Below, one piece after another: positions 1 to 8,239 of a stretch of DNA of 64,000 bases (its first letter is position 1; the number at the start of each line of letters is the position of its first letter). The DNA comes from a virus: the IMG/VR virus record IMGVR_UViG_3300021139_002062; one strand, given 5' to 3'. Below the pieces are notes generated by a model. It saw nothing but the letters and a program-made list of their open reading frames with translations. It had not been told where the DNA came from and made no database searches. The position numbers and the translations under genes were made by a program.

Positions 1-120
<120 letters not shown>

Positions 121-145
121 GGGATTCGCTTTAATTATCATGGAG

Positions 146-216
146 TTACAGCAACAATGTTTCACGGAATGTTTCACGGTTTTTTAACTACTGGTACAAA
201 TTTCGTACAAATTTTT
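146..216 (+). promoter_or_regulatory. Direct-repeat iterons upstream of the primase gene (ATGTTTCACGG x2, GTACAAATTT x2)
   Basis: TTACAGCAACAATGTTTCACGGAATGTTTCACGG (146-179) recurs at 57598-57630 with 2 changes. GGTACAAATTTCGTACAAATTT (193-216) has a diverged relative at 57634-57662. Confidence 0.5.
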
Positions 217-224
217 CATAAATC

Positions 225-2585
225 ATGGTAAACTGTCAAAAAACGAGAAAGGAACCTATGAAAAAACCCGATGCAATACCAGTTAATTTTTCTGCGATAC
301 CCATGGAATTGAAACAAATCCCACGATGGGTACTTTGGAATCACACCGAAGTGGGTACGGAGAACAACAAACGATGGAGCAAATTGCCAGTCCAGCCTGG
401 TGGGCAATCTGCCTCGTCAACAAACCCAAACACATGGTCGGATTTTCTGACCGTCCAAGCTGCGTATGAGAAGAACCCCCATCACTTCAGCGGAGTGGGT
501 TTTGTGTTTTGTGAAGAAGACAATTTGGTTGGTATTGATTTAGATGATTGCTACGATGCGCAAACCAATCATTTTACTAATGTTGCACTGCAACAAATTG
601 CCTCTTCCATTGATGGGTATATGGAGGTCTCACCCTCAGGAACTGGAGTAAAGATTTTCACTCGAGGCAAAATAAAAACAGCACATGTAGATCACTCAAT
701 TGGTTTTGAGGCTTATGGAACAGGCAGATACTTTACGATTACGGGGCATCATATCAACGGAGCAATTCCCCATCAAGAGCAAGATCTATCTGCCGTGATA
801 CCAAATCGTACCGTTCACATTACGGGCGATGACTTTGCGGATTATAAGCCACCCATCCAGGACTACGATTTGGCACGAGTTGAAACGGAAATTCTCTCCC
901 AATTAGATCCCAACTGTGGGTATCAAGATTGGTTGAATGTGGGTTGTGCCTTGCACCACCAGTTTAAAGGGGATTTAGAAGCATGTGAGTTGTGGGATCG
1001 GTGGTCATACGCAGACGGATTAGCACCGTCCTACCAAGCCACGGGAATGAATTCGTGTTATGAGAAGTGGAAAACCTTCCGTCGTAATACGATGGGCACT
1101 TTCACCCTTCGCTCTCTCATTTATAAGGTTAACCACCAAACTCGGTTACGTGCATTGGAGCGAGGGGAGATTGTTTTGGATCAGGGTACGATGAACCACG
1201 CACGAACTTTTTTAGAGAACCTTTTCACGAGCGAGGAAGGGTACACTCTTGTGCATTATGCCGAAGATTTTTACTCGCATGTAGGGACACACTATGAAAT
1301 CATTGAGGAGGCAACGGTTCGTGCCAAGTTGTATACTTTCTTGGAAAAATGCAAGAAATTTGGTAAAAAAGGCGAATTGACTCCGTTCAACCCATCACCA
1401 GCGAGTGTATCCGCTGCACTGGACGCAGTGAAGTCGATTACGCACTTACCTAACCACCCCAACACTAAACCACCTATTTGGTTAGAGGCATATGCCAACA
1501 ATCAACCCGAAGCGAGAGACTTAATCTCTTTAAAGAATGGTATCTTTCACCTAAAAGACTATGTGGTGTTGCCTCACTCTCTTGGGTTTTTCACACCGAA
1601 CTCCTTACCTTTTGCCTATGATCCTCAGGCACAATGTCCAGAGTGGTTGAAATTCTTAAATTCTATTTGGGGTGATGATCCTGAATCCATTGTGTGTTTG
1701 CAAGAGATTTTTGGGTACATCATGAGTGGTGATACAAAACAACAAAAGTTTTTTAACATTATTGGCCCACGTCGTTCGGGCAAAGGAACGATTAACAAGG
1801 TGCTCGTGGAGTTGTTAGGGCAACACAATACGGTCGCACCACAACTGGAGGAATTGTGTGATACTTTTGGTCTTCAACCTTGGCTTGGTAAGCTACTCGC
1901 TTCTTTTACTGATGCTCGCGCACCGGAAAGGAATCGTTCTGCTGTGGTTAGTCAGCTTCTTCGTATTGTGGGCGGTGATACCATTACGGTAAACCGCAAG
2001 AATAAAGAGGCATGGAATGGATACCTCCCAACACGAATAATTATGTACTCGAACGAGGTATTGCAGTTGACTGAAAACTCCAATGCTCTTACTGGTCGTA
2101 TGATTGTCCTTAAAATGACAAAATCTTTTTATGATGGGGAGGATACGGAACTGTTCTCTCGACTGTCCAAAGAGTTGTCAGGTATTTTTAATTGGGCGAT
2201 GGAAGGACTGAAACGCAGATTAGAGCGTGGTGGACATTTCTTACAACCAAAGTCAGGCAGAAACTTATTGGACTTGATGTCGGAACTGGGTAACCCCATC
2301 GGATCTTTTTGTGAGGATGCTTTGGTGTTTGATCCATTAGGCACCGTGGCAAAGGACGATGTGTTTGCTTGTTATAAGCGTTGGGCATTGGCAAAATCCC
2401 TACCTCCTGGCACTGAGTTGGCATTTAAACGACGGTTTTTGGCGGCAACCCAAGAACATCAAATAGATGTTGACATCGACCGTAGTAATGGTGGTAGAAT
2501 ACACATATACCGTGGTGTGAAGCTGAACGCTAAAGCCATGAAGTATGTGGAGAGTATTGAATCATTTAACGAGGAGGTATTTTAA
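225..2585 (+). CDS. Bifunctional primase-polymerase / SF3 (D5/P4-type) helicase
   Basis: 786-aa ORF. It has an N-terminal prim-pol-like acidic motif (VGIDLDDC), a PriCT-2-like GYQDWLNVGCALHH and a C-terminal P-loop GPRRSGKGT. ATG 258 (AAGGAA RBS) is an alternative start. Confidence 0.85.
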   Translation: MVNCQKTRKEPMKKPDAIPVNFSAIPMELKQIPRWVLWNHTEVGTENNKRWSKLPVQPGGQSASSTNPNTWSDFLTVQAAYEKNPHHFSGVGFVFCEEDNLVGIDLDDCYDAQTNHFTNVALQQIASSIDGYMEVSPSGTGVKIFTRGKIKTAHVDHSIGFEAYGTGRYFTITGHHINGAIPHQEQDLSAVIPNRTVHITGDDFADYKPPIQDYDLARVETEILSQLDPNCGYQDWLNVGCALHHQFKGDLEACELWDRWSYADGLAPSYQATGMNSCYEKWKTFRRNTMGTFTLRSLIYKVNHQTRLRALERGEIVLDQGTMNHARTFLENLFTSEEGYTLVHYAEDFYSHVGTHYEIIEEATVRAKLYTFLEKCKKFGKKGELTPFNPSPASVSAALDAVKSITHLPNHPNTKPPIWLEAYANNQPEARDLISLKNGIFHLKDYVVLPHSLGFFTPNSLPFAYDPQAQCPEWLKFLNSIWGDDPESIVCLQEIFGYIMSGDTKQQKFFNIIGPRRSGKGTINKVLVELLGQHNTVAPQLEELCDTFGLQPWLGKLLASFTDARAPERNRSAVVSQLLRIVGGDTITVNRKNKEAWNGYLPTRIIMYSNEVLQLTENSNALTGRMIVLKMTKSFYDGEDTELFSRLSKELSGIFNWAMEGLKRRLERGGHFLQPKSGRNLLDLMSELGNPIGSFCEDALVFDPLGTVAKDDVFACYKRWALAKSLPPGTELAFKRRFLAATQEHQIDVDIDRSNGGRIHIYRGVKLNAKAMKYVESIESFNEEVF

Positions 2586-2586
2586 A

Positions 2587-2772
2587 ATGGAATTTCAAGT
2601 ACCAGTTTACCAAGCAGTACGTTTCATGGTGTATGATGAAGATCAAGAAGCCCTGCGGGGTTTTTACCACCACCAACAAGCCATCGATTTCATTGGCAGT
2701 GACAAAACACTCACGATCAAGAAATTGCCTAAGAAGTTTAACATCTTGGAAGTTGAGGAGGCACCCTTTTGA
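2587..2772 (+). CDS. Hypothetical protein (61 aa)
   Basis: ATG 2587 sits behind a GAGGAGG RBS. The track start at 2545 overlaps the primase 3' end. Confidence 0.6.
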   Translation: MEFQVPVYQAVRFMVYDEDQEALRGFYHHQQAIDFIGSDKTLTIKKLPKKFNILEVEEAPF

Positions 2773-2936
2773 AAACGATACTGGTCGCTATGTTATTATT
2801 CTGTTTGGGAATCATTTCCCTCACCGAACTGAGCCGCAAAGAGGTACTGATTGACTGCCGTACTGTCACCACCTACCCCTATGCCATTGACACCCCCAAA
2901 GCCCTAATTGAAAAATGCCGAGGAGAAAGAAAATGA
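2769..2936 (+). CDS. Small hydrophobic-N-terminus protein (55 aa, TTG start)
   Basis: Not in the track (<60 aa). GAGGAGG lies 7 nt upstream of TTG 2769. There is a TTGA overlap with the upstream stop and an ATGA overlap with the next gene. The N-terminus reads KTILVAMLLFCLGIISL. Confidence 0.45.
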   Translation: MKTILVAMLLFCLGIISLTELSRKEVLIDCRTVTTYPYAIDTPKALIEKCRGERK

Positions 2937-3217
2937 AGATTAGTAAAGTATTACATAAAGCCAAGCCGTTTATGTTGTACAATGAATTTGTGTGTCACGC
3001 CATTCTTGACCTTGAACGGGCACGCATTGTACCTGACAAAGATGCAGACAAAACGATAAAGTATATCGAAGCAAGAATTGCCCCTTATCACACAGTAGCA
3101 GAGTGGCTTAAAAATAGCGGTGTGCCTTGGCGTCAACTAACTAATAAAAACTTAGAAGAGTATCGCAAAAGATGGATTGACCACATGATTAACGAACTAG
3201 AGAAAGAGGGGAAGTAA
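2933..3217 (+). CDS. Hypothetical protein
   Basis: ATG 2933 follows GAGGAGAAAGAAA. The track start at 2915 is less likely. Confidence 0.65.
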   Translation: MKISKVLHKAKPFMLYNEFVCHAILDLERARIVPDKDADKTIKYIEARIAPYHTVAEWLKNSGVPWRQLTNKNLEEYRKRWIDHMINELEKEGK

Positions 3218-3400
3218 ATGATTATTTTTGAACAAAAATATAGTGGCGAATCAATGTGTGATATTTATCGTGATGTCGATGAAGCCATTGATGAAAGATA
3301 TACACCTATTTTAAAAACCATTCCTAAAGATGAATTTAACTTTCATAAAGGAACATTTAAATTAACTATTACTTGGAGTGACGAAGATGATAGCAATTAG
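3218..3400 (+). CDS. Hypothetical acidic protein (60 aa)
   Basis: The ORF starts directly after the upstream TAA, behind an AGAGGGGAAG RBS. Confidence 0.6.
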   Translation: MIIFEQKYSGESMCDIYRDVDEAIDERYTPILKTIPKDEFNFHKGTFKLTITWSDEDDSN

Positions 3401-3554
3401 TTTTATTATGTTTATGATGGGCGTACTCTTCTCCAAATTTTCCGAGGAGGTTGACTCCGAGTGGGCCAATTTTTTTGCCGGTTTGATGGTGCTTATTAGT
3501 GCTATCCTTTTCACCATCGGAACGGCTATTTGGCTGTGGGGAGTGGCACCATGA
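3387..3554 (+). CDS. Small two-TM membrane peptide (55 aa)
   Basis: Read by hand: MIAISFIMFMMGVLF...LMVLISAILFTIGTAIWLWGVAP. It has an ATGA overlap with the next gene. Confidence 0.5.
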   Translation: MIAISFIMFMMGVLFSKFSEEVDSEWANFFAGLMVLISAILFTIGTAIWLWGVAP

Positions 3555-4372
3555 GTATTTTTGATTCGTATGATAAAGCACGAGCATCAGAGTGGAACTA
3601 TTGGGATAGAAAAAAAAGGGTGGAGAATTATGAAATTAAGACGAATGGGGTATTACAAATGACAGCAGAAGAATTAGCAAGTTATATTTTAATAAGTAAA
3701 CATCATGCTTCAATTTGTGGTATCGAAACTGCCGAAATGCTTCGCCAACAAGTCAAAGAAATTGAGCAATTAAATAGTGTATTAGATTCCACAATTGTTC
3801 AATATGCTTTATCTGTTAAAAGTGAAGTGGCTAGTAAAGAAATAATCAATAAACAGGCCGAAGAAATTGAGCAATTAAAAAACGATATAGTTAAACAACA
3901 AGAATTTGTTTGCCAACAAGCTAAAGAAATAGAAGCTCTTAAATACGAACTATCTAATGGCGCTTGGCGTGAATTAACCGATAAAGAAGATCGCATGGAA
4001 TTTTGGAAAAATTTAACGCCAACAGACCCCTACGAAAAAGGATTTATTGACGGTATGCAAAAGCAAATGCAGTCTAGTGTTGACAAGTTTATTAATAACG
4101 CCACATTAAAATATAGCGAAAAATATGTAGAAAGTTTAGAAGTTGAAAATACTAAACAAGCCGAAGAAATTGAGCAATTAAAAACAAGAATTAAACAACT
4201 ATTAGAAACCCAAGATTATTTATTTAAACAACACGATGCCGACAAGGCAGAAATTGAACAGTTAAAACCATATAAAGAAAAGATTGAAATGATGGAACGG
4301 GCCTACGATGACCATATTAAAAAATCAATGGGTGAGGTTAATGACCTTTTAAAGAAAGCGAGTGAAAAATGA
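3551..4372 (+). CDS. Coiled-coil protein with repeated (Q/K)AEEIEQLK heptad blocks
   Basis: ATG 3551 is in an ATGA overlap. There are five EIE(Q/A)L(K/N) repeats. The C-terminus LLKKASEK is encoded by the junction cassette. Confidence 0.7.
   Translation: MSIFDSYDKARASEWNYWDRKKRVENYEIKTNGVLQMTAEELASYILISKHHASICGIETAEMLRQQVKEIEQLNSVLDSTIVQYALSVKSEVASKEIINKQAEEIEQLKNDIVKQQEFVCQQAKEIEALKYELSNGAWRELTDKEDRMEFWKNLTPTDPYEKGFIDGMQKQMQSSVDKFINNATLKYSEKYVESLEVENTKQAEEIEQLKTRIKQLLETQDYLFKQHDADKAEIEQLKPYKEKIEMMERAYDDHIKKSMGEVNDLLKKASEK
4350..4371 (+). promoter_or_regulatory. Junction cassette copy 1 (TAAAGAAAGCGAGTGAAAAATG)
   Basis: Conserved purine-rich 20-22-mer ending in the start codon of the 4369 gene. 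Confidence 0.7.
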
Positions 4373-4629
4373 ACGAGCCAGTAGCCCATCGATTCAAATG
4401 GGAAGAACAAGAAGAATGGCAGTATGGCGATGGGTATGACGCAACAGGAGCACCCAACGACCTTGATTATTTTGCCTATGAACCTCTTTATGTCCACCCA
4501 ATGCGTGAATTAACGGATGAAGAAGTAATTATTCCAAGATTTTTAGCAGAAAATTATTTAAAAATTACGGAAACACCACGATTTAAAAGAATTTTAGAAG
4601 ATTCTTTAAAGAAAGCGAGTGGGAAATGA
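4369..4629 (+). CDS. Hypothetical acidic protein (86 aa)
   Basis: ATGA-coupled ORF. Its C-terminus SLKKASGK is encoded by cassette copy 2. Confidence 0.65.
   Translation: MNEPVAHRFKWEEQEEWQYGDGYDATGAPNDLDYFAYEPLYVHPMRELTDEEVIIPRFLAENYLKITETPRFKRILEDSLKKASGK
4607..4628 (+). promoter_or_regulatory. Junction cassette copy 2 (TAAAGAAAGCGAGTGGGAAATG)
   Basis: Same motif, ending in ATG 4626. Confidence 0.7.
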
Positions 4630-4796
4630 TAATGATATTAGTTGGAGTAATCATGTTTGGCCTAGCCATTTTATTGGCAAAAATTAATGATAAATTTATG
4701 GCGTTCTTTGTATTATGTGCAATTGCCTTAATCACCCTTGGCGTTGCCCAGGCGATATGGAAATTATTAGCCTATTTGGTGGTAATAAATGAATAA
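4626..4796 (+). CDS. Small two-TM membrane peptide (56 aa)
   Basis: Hand-translated: MIMILVGVIMFGLAILLAKINDKFMAFFVLCAIALITLGVAQAIWKLLAYLVVINE. It is preceded by cassette copy 2. Confidence 0.55.
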   Translation: MIMILVGVIMFGLAILLAKINDKFMAFFVLCAIALITLGVAQAIWKLLAYLVVINE

Positions 4797-4884
4797 ATTC
4801 GCCCACCTATTAACCATTTTGTTTTATTTATGGACTTGGCTGTTTATTGTGGTATACTGTGTTTTTGCAATTAAACAACTGTAA
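4789..4884 (+). CDS. Small one-TM peptide (31 aa)
   Basis: MNKFAHLLTILFYLWTWLFIVVYCVFAIKQL. Its stop TAA is the first triplet of cassette copy 3. Confidence 0.35.
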   Translation: MNKFAHLLTILFYLWTWLFIVVYCVFAIKQL

Positions 4885-4903
4885 AGAAAGTGAGTGAAGA
4901 ATG
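4882..4903 (+). promoter_or_regulatory. Junction cassette copy 3 (TAAAGAAAGTGAGTGAAGAATG)
   Basis: Same motif, ending in ATG 4901. Confidence 0.7.
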
Positions 4904-5200
4904 AAACATAAACACGCAGAATTAATCAAAGCATGGGCTGATGGTGCAGAAATTGAATACTATAGTCTTAGTTTAGAGAACTGGAAAATTACAAAATGCC
5001 CTAGTTGGGATATTCATACTGACTATCGCATTAAACCTGAACCAAAACCAGATATTGAATTATTTGCAAGGGTGTATGATTATGACGATGGGATAGCATA
5101 TTTAACTCATGCCATAACAACTAAAGGATATGGGTTTAATCTTAAGCTAATATTTGATGGCGAAACAGGCGAACTTAAATCAGCAGAGGTGATTAAATGA
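4901..5200 (+). CDS. Hypothetical protein (99 aa)
   Basis: ORF behind cassette copy 3. It contains an AELIKAWADGAEIEY-type motif that is common in phage orphan genes (recalled, not searched). Confidence 0.65.
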   Translation: MKHKHAELIKAWADGAEIEYYSLSLENWKITKCPSWDIHTDYRIKPEPKPDIELFARVYDYDDGIAYLTHAITTKGYGFNLKLIFDGETGELKSAEVIK

Positions 5201-5322
5201 GCTGCATTGAATACACAGCATCTATTTTCCATCAAGTTATCTATTTAACTGGAATATTTTTTTGGTTTTTAGGTATTTTCTTAATTATTTTTAGCCTATG
5301 GGAGAAACTAAAAGAATGCTAG
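5197..5322 (+). CDS. Small TM peptide (41 aa)
   Basis: ATGA overlap. Sequence: MSCIEYTASIFHQVIYLTGIFFWFLGIFLIIFSLWEKLKEC. Confidence 0.4.
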   Translation: MSCIEYTASIFHQVIYLTGIFFWFLGIFLIIFSLWEKLKEC

Positions 5323-5417
5323 CCGAATTTGTTATCATCGTCGCCATTGTGGTGGCTTGTTTTACAGCCATATCATGGCTGGTTAAAGAAATTATCGAGG
5401 GGTTAGACAATGATTAA
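5316..5417 (+). CDS. Small TM peptide (33 aa)
   Basis: MLAEFVIIVAIVVACFTAISWLVKEIIEGLDND. It overlaps both neighbouring genes. Confidence 0.4.
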   Translation: MLAEFVIIVAIVVACFTAISWLVKEIIEGLDND

Positions 5418-5616
5418 AGGATATAGAGAATTAACAGAAGTTGAACTTGACCTTATCAACAAGATTAAAGTTTTAGCAAATATTGCGGGTGATTCAATTG
5501 AGGCATTACAAGAATTAGATATTGTTGACCAACGATGGTTGGCTATTGCAAAAACAGATTTACAAAAAGGTTACATGGCTTTAGTTCGGGCAATTGCTAA
5601 ACCTGAATCATTTTAA
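5410..5616 (+). CDS. Hypothetical protein (68 aa)
   Basis: ORF in an operon context. Its stop TAA opens cassette copy 4. Confidence 0.6.
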   Translation: MIKGYRELTEVELDLINKIKVLANIAGDSIEALQELDIVDQRWLAIAKTDLQKGYMALVRAIAKPESF

Positions 5617-5635
5617 AGAAAGTGAGTGAAAAATG
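5614..5635 (+). promoter_or_regulatory. Junction cassette copy 4 (TAAAGAAAGTGAGTGAAAAATG)
   Basis: Same motif, ending in ATG 5633. Confidence 0.7.
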
Positions 5636-6046
5636 ACTAAACGCAGATTACTAGCCAACCGTATCATCACACCCGATGGTACCATGTTGCAATCCTACCA
5701 CCACCATGACTGTGTGACCTATACCGACGCCAACGGCATTGAGTACATGGTGGACGGTGGACTAGACTACCAACGGTGCATCATTAACGATGAGTTTCCC
5801 TATACCGATGCCAGTGTGTACACCGACGACCCACACCACCGCATCCGTGAGGCGTTTTGTTGGGGTTCGTATGGCAAAAAAGGCGACCAACCACTCAAGT
5901 GGATGCCACTCAACACCATGACCGACGAGCACATACAGGCCATATTGGACACCCAGCACCACATCCTCGAGCACATCCGTGAAGTCTTTGAGAACGAACA
6001 GACGTACAGAGCCTTCCTTAACATCCGCATAAAGGACGCAGAATGA
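5633..6046 (+). CDS. Hypothetical His-rich protein (137 aa)
   Basis: ORF behind cassette copy 4. Confidence 0.65.
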   Translation: MTKRRLLANRIITPDGTMLQSYHHHDCVTYTDANGIEYMVDGGLDYQRCIINDEFPYTDASVYTDDPHHRIREAFCWGSYGKKGDQPLKWMPLNTMTDEHIQAILDTQHHILEHIREVFENEQTYRAFLNIRIKDAE

Positions 6047-6390
6047 ACTTCTTATCTGATATCTGGGAGTGCATCAAAACAATGATTGGTGTACTCCTTG
6101 CCACCGCCTTTGTATTTGCAGTAGTGGCTCTTTTGTTTATTTTTGTGACTTGGATTTGTGGTGGGTTTGACCAAGATGCAAGAAATAAACGCCACCAACA
6201 GGAGGCTTACGACGCCACACCACACCTCTATTCCGAGGTAGATGGCTGTCAGGTATATCGGTGGAGAGATAACGGCCACTGGCACTACTTTACGAAGTGT
6301 GGTACAAAGGTAACAACAGAGAGCCACCATGGCGAACGGGTGGGTAAGTCAACCCGTGACGTTGCCGAAATTATCGAAACAACTAAATGA
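6043..6390 (+). CDS. Membrane-anchored hypothetical protein (115 aa)
   Basis: ATGA overlap. The N-terminal TM segment reads IGVLLATAFVFAVVALLFIFVTWI. Confidence 0.6.
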   Translation: MNFLSDIWECIKTMIGVLLATAFVFAVVALLFIFVTWICGGFDQDARNKRHQQEAYDATPHLYSEVDGCQVYRWRDNGHWHYFTKCGTKVTTESHHGERVGKSTRDVAEIIETTK

Positions 6391-6406
6391 AAGCGAGTGA
6401 GAAATG
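6388..6406 (+). promoter_or_regulatory. Junction cassette copy 5 (TGAAAGCGAGTGAGAAATG)
   Basis: Same core GAAAGCGAGTGAGAAATG. The upstream stop TGA is inside the motif. Confidence 0.7.
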
Positions 6407-6829
6407 AACAAAACTGATTTTGAAAGATATTGTGAAAATCTTAACCAACTTTGGAACACGCACATTAGTCGAATTTATGCTGAACAATTTTTTAATGCAG
6501 GAAAAGCAACAAAATGTGAACTAACCGATGAGGAAATGAAATTGCCAAGACACAACGGAAGTTTATACATCACCCATAATGAACACATTAATTACTATGT
6601 AACCGTAGATGAAATGATTGAATCGTGTCACCCTGCTGTGGATGACAAAGACTATTTTGTCAGCGAAGAAGATATGCAAAAGTGCATCGATACCAATGAA
6701 CTATGGGAACTGCAATGGTATCCTGACAGTCCTATTGGGTTCTATAAGGTCTGTGGGTCGAGTTTGGAGATAGTGTTGGCACGAGCATTAGAAATCGATG
6801 CAAAATTGAATGAAGATGGTGTTAAATGA
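6404..6829 (+). CDS. Hypothetical protein (141 aa)
   Basis: ORF behind cassette copy 5. Confidence 0.65.
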   Translation: MNKTDFERYCENLNQLWNTHISRIYAEQFFNAGKATKCELTDEEMKLPRHNGSLYITHNEHINYYVTVDEMIESCHPAVDDKDYFVSEEDMQKCIDTNELWELQWYPDSPIGFYKVCGSSLEIVLARALEIDAKLNEDGVK

Positions 6830-7032
6830 AGATATACGCATTAGTAAATAAAGGAAGAGACATAGTTGGTCATGGTGAAACGTGTCCTTATGTTCAATTA
6901 GCAGTTAAAGAAACATACACTACGAAGGTTCACCCTGTTTTTAGAACACGACACAACGCTGAAGAATACTTAGCAAAATGGGCAAAAGAACATTACTTTG
7001 CACCTGAAATATTTGAATTGGATTTAATTTAG
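6826..7032 (+). CDS. Hypothetical protein (68 aa)
   Basis: ATGA-coupled ORF. Confidence 0.6.
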   Translation: MKIYALVNKGRDIVGHGETCPYVQLAVKETYTTKVHPVFRTRHNAEEYLAKWAKEHYFAPEIFELDLI

Positions 7033-7048
7033 AAAGCGATGGAAAATG
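7030..7048 (+). promoter_or_regulatory. Junction cassette copy 6 (TAGAAAGCGATGGAAAATG, slightly diverged)
   Basis: Same motif family. The upstream stop TAG is its first triplet. Confidence 0.6.
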
Positions 7049-7243
7049 AAACCAACATACAACGAAGGTGACCGAGTTTATGTATTGCCATTAAAAATGG
7101 AAGCCACAGTAATCAAGCAAATTAAACACTACGATGGCGTAGAGGAGTTTTATGGGGATGTTGAATTGCTTTATGACGATGGAGTAAAAGGTGTTTCTAA
7201 TGGCTGGCAAGTTAAATTGTTAAAGAAAGCGAGTGAGAAATGA
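7046..7243 (+). CDS. Hypothetical protein (65 aa), C-terminus LLKKASEK
   Basis: ORF. Its 3' end is cassette copy 7. Confidence 0.6.
   Translation: MKPTYNEGDRVYVLPLKMEATVIKQIKHYDGVEEFYGDVELLYDDGVKGVSNGWQVKLLKKASEK
7221..7242 (+). promoter_or_regulatory. Junction cassette copy 7 (TAAAGAAAGCGAGTGAGAAATG)
   Basis: Consensus copy, ending in ATG 7240. Confidence 0.7.
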
Positions 7244-7431
7244 AAACAATTACAGAACACAATAGCCAAGTACATGAAAAAATAAAAATGGAGCGTAAAG
7301 CAAATGTGCTATGTGATGATTGCAAAGTAGAAATGTTTTACATAGACGTTAATATGGTTTTGGCTTCTTGCCCACCTAAAAAAACCGTTCAATGTCCACA
7401 GTGCCATAAACTTGACTACAAAATTATATAA
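7240..7431 (+). CDS. Zinc-ribbon protein (63 aa)
   Basis: Contains the pairs CDDC...CPQC. Confidence 0.6.
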   Translation: MKTITEHNSQVHEKIKMERKANVLCDDCKVEMFYIDVNMVLASCPPKKTVQCPQCHKLDYKII

Positions 7432-7450
7432 AGAAAGCGAGTGAGAGATG
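7429..7450 (+). promoter_or_regulatory. Junction cassette copy 8 (TAAAGAAAGCGAGTGAGAGATG)
   Basis: Same motif, ending in ATG 7448. Confidence 0.7.
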
Positions 7451-7633
7451 ATTGAAATTAAAAAGGTGCGTGGTGAAAACAAAATACAACCAATTTTTAT
7501 GCGCCAACATGAGTACGAGGCAATTATCAGTTTGGGTTATGACCCTAAGGAGTTCCTCAAAAAACTAATCCGACACACTGCCAAAAAGCGCCGTTGGGCT
7601 TGGTACTTCGAACAGAAAGGCAATCAACAATGA
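7448..7633 (+). CDS. Hypothetical basic protein (61 aa)
   Basis: ORF behind cassette copy 8. Confidence 0.6.
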   Translation: MIEIKKVRGENKIQPIFMRQHEYEAIISLGYDPKEFLKKLIRHTAKKRRWAWYFEQKGNQQ

Positions 7634-7965
7634 GTACCTATAAGCCAGACCTTTGGGAGGTCGTTCGTATCAGCAAAGACGGTGAGCACATTGACAAGGT
7701 GTACGCCTCGTGGCGTGGCGGTTATATCACACCCGACGAGTGGCGACTCAGCTCAGGCATCACCCAAGTTGTTGAGAATGATTCTCATTATCAAATACAC
7801 AACCACTCAGGGAGTATTTACCTCTGCCCCAAACAGGCTCGGGGCACCACCTTGTTCACCCAAGCCATATTGGAGCAACTCAAGGAGGGCATGGAGGAGA
7901 ACGGTGGCTGGATGGAGTTGATTGGTATTGAATTACTAGTAAAGGATGATCATGGTAAAAGTTAA
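7630..7965 (+). CDS. Hypothetical protein (111 aa)
   Basis: ATG 7630 is in an ATGA overlap. The track start at 7594 is less likely. Confidence 0.6.
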   Translation: MSTYKPDLWEVVRISKDGEHIDKVYASWRGGYITPDEWRLSSGITQVVENDSHYQIHNHSGSIYLCPKQARGTTLFTQAILEQLKEGMEENGGWMELIGIELLVKDDHGKS

Positions 7966-8239
7966 AGTAGAAGTGCCCGCAATTAAAGAAAAAGGCACAA
8001 AGAAAGTTGTAGCAGCTCCCTCCCAGGCATATAGCCACGATGAACTGGAGAAAAAAGAGCATCGTAAAAAGAACGAAGATAAGCGGGGGTTTCTTTTATC
8101 GGACGGTACTTTTGCCAATCGTAAGGAGGCGGCAAAAATTGCTGAAAAGAACAAGCAAGTCCCCAAAAGTGTTGGTAAAAAACTCCACTCCCATGATTTG
8201 CGTGAGGCAAACCATACAAAGAAAACGAGGGCAAAATGA
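7946..8239 (+). CDS. Hypothetical lysine-rich protein (97 aa)
   Basis: ORF with an ATGA overlap to the next gene. Confidence 0.6.
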   Translation: MIMVKVKVEVPAIKEKGTKKVVAAPSQAYSHDELEKKEHRKKNEDKRGFLLSDGTFANRKEAAKIAEKNKQVPKSVGKKLHSHDLREANHTKKTRAK

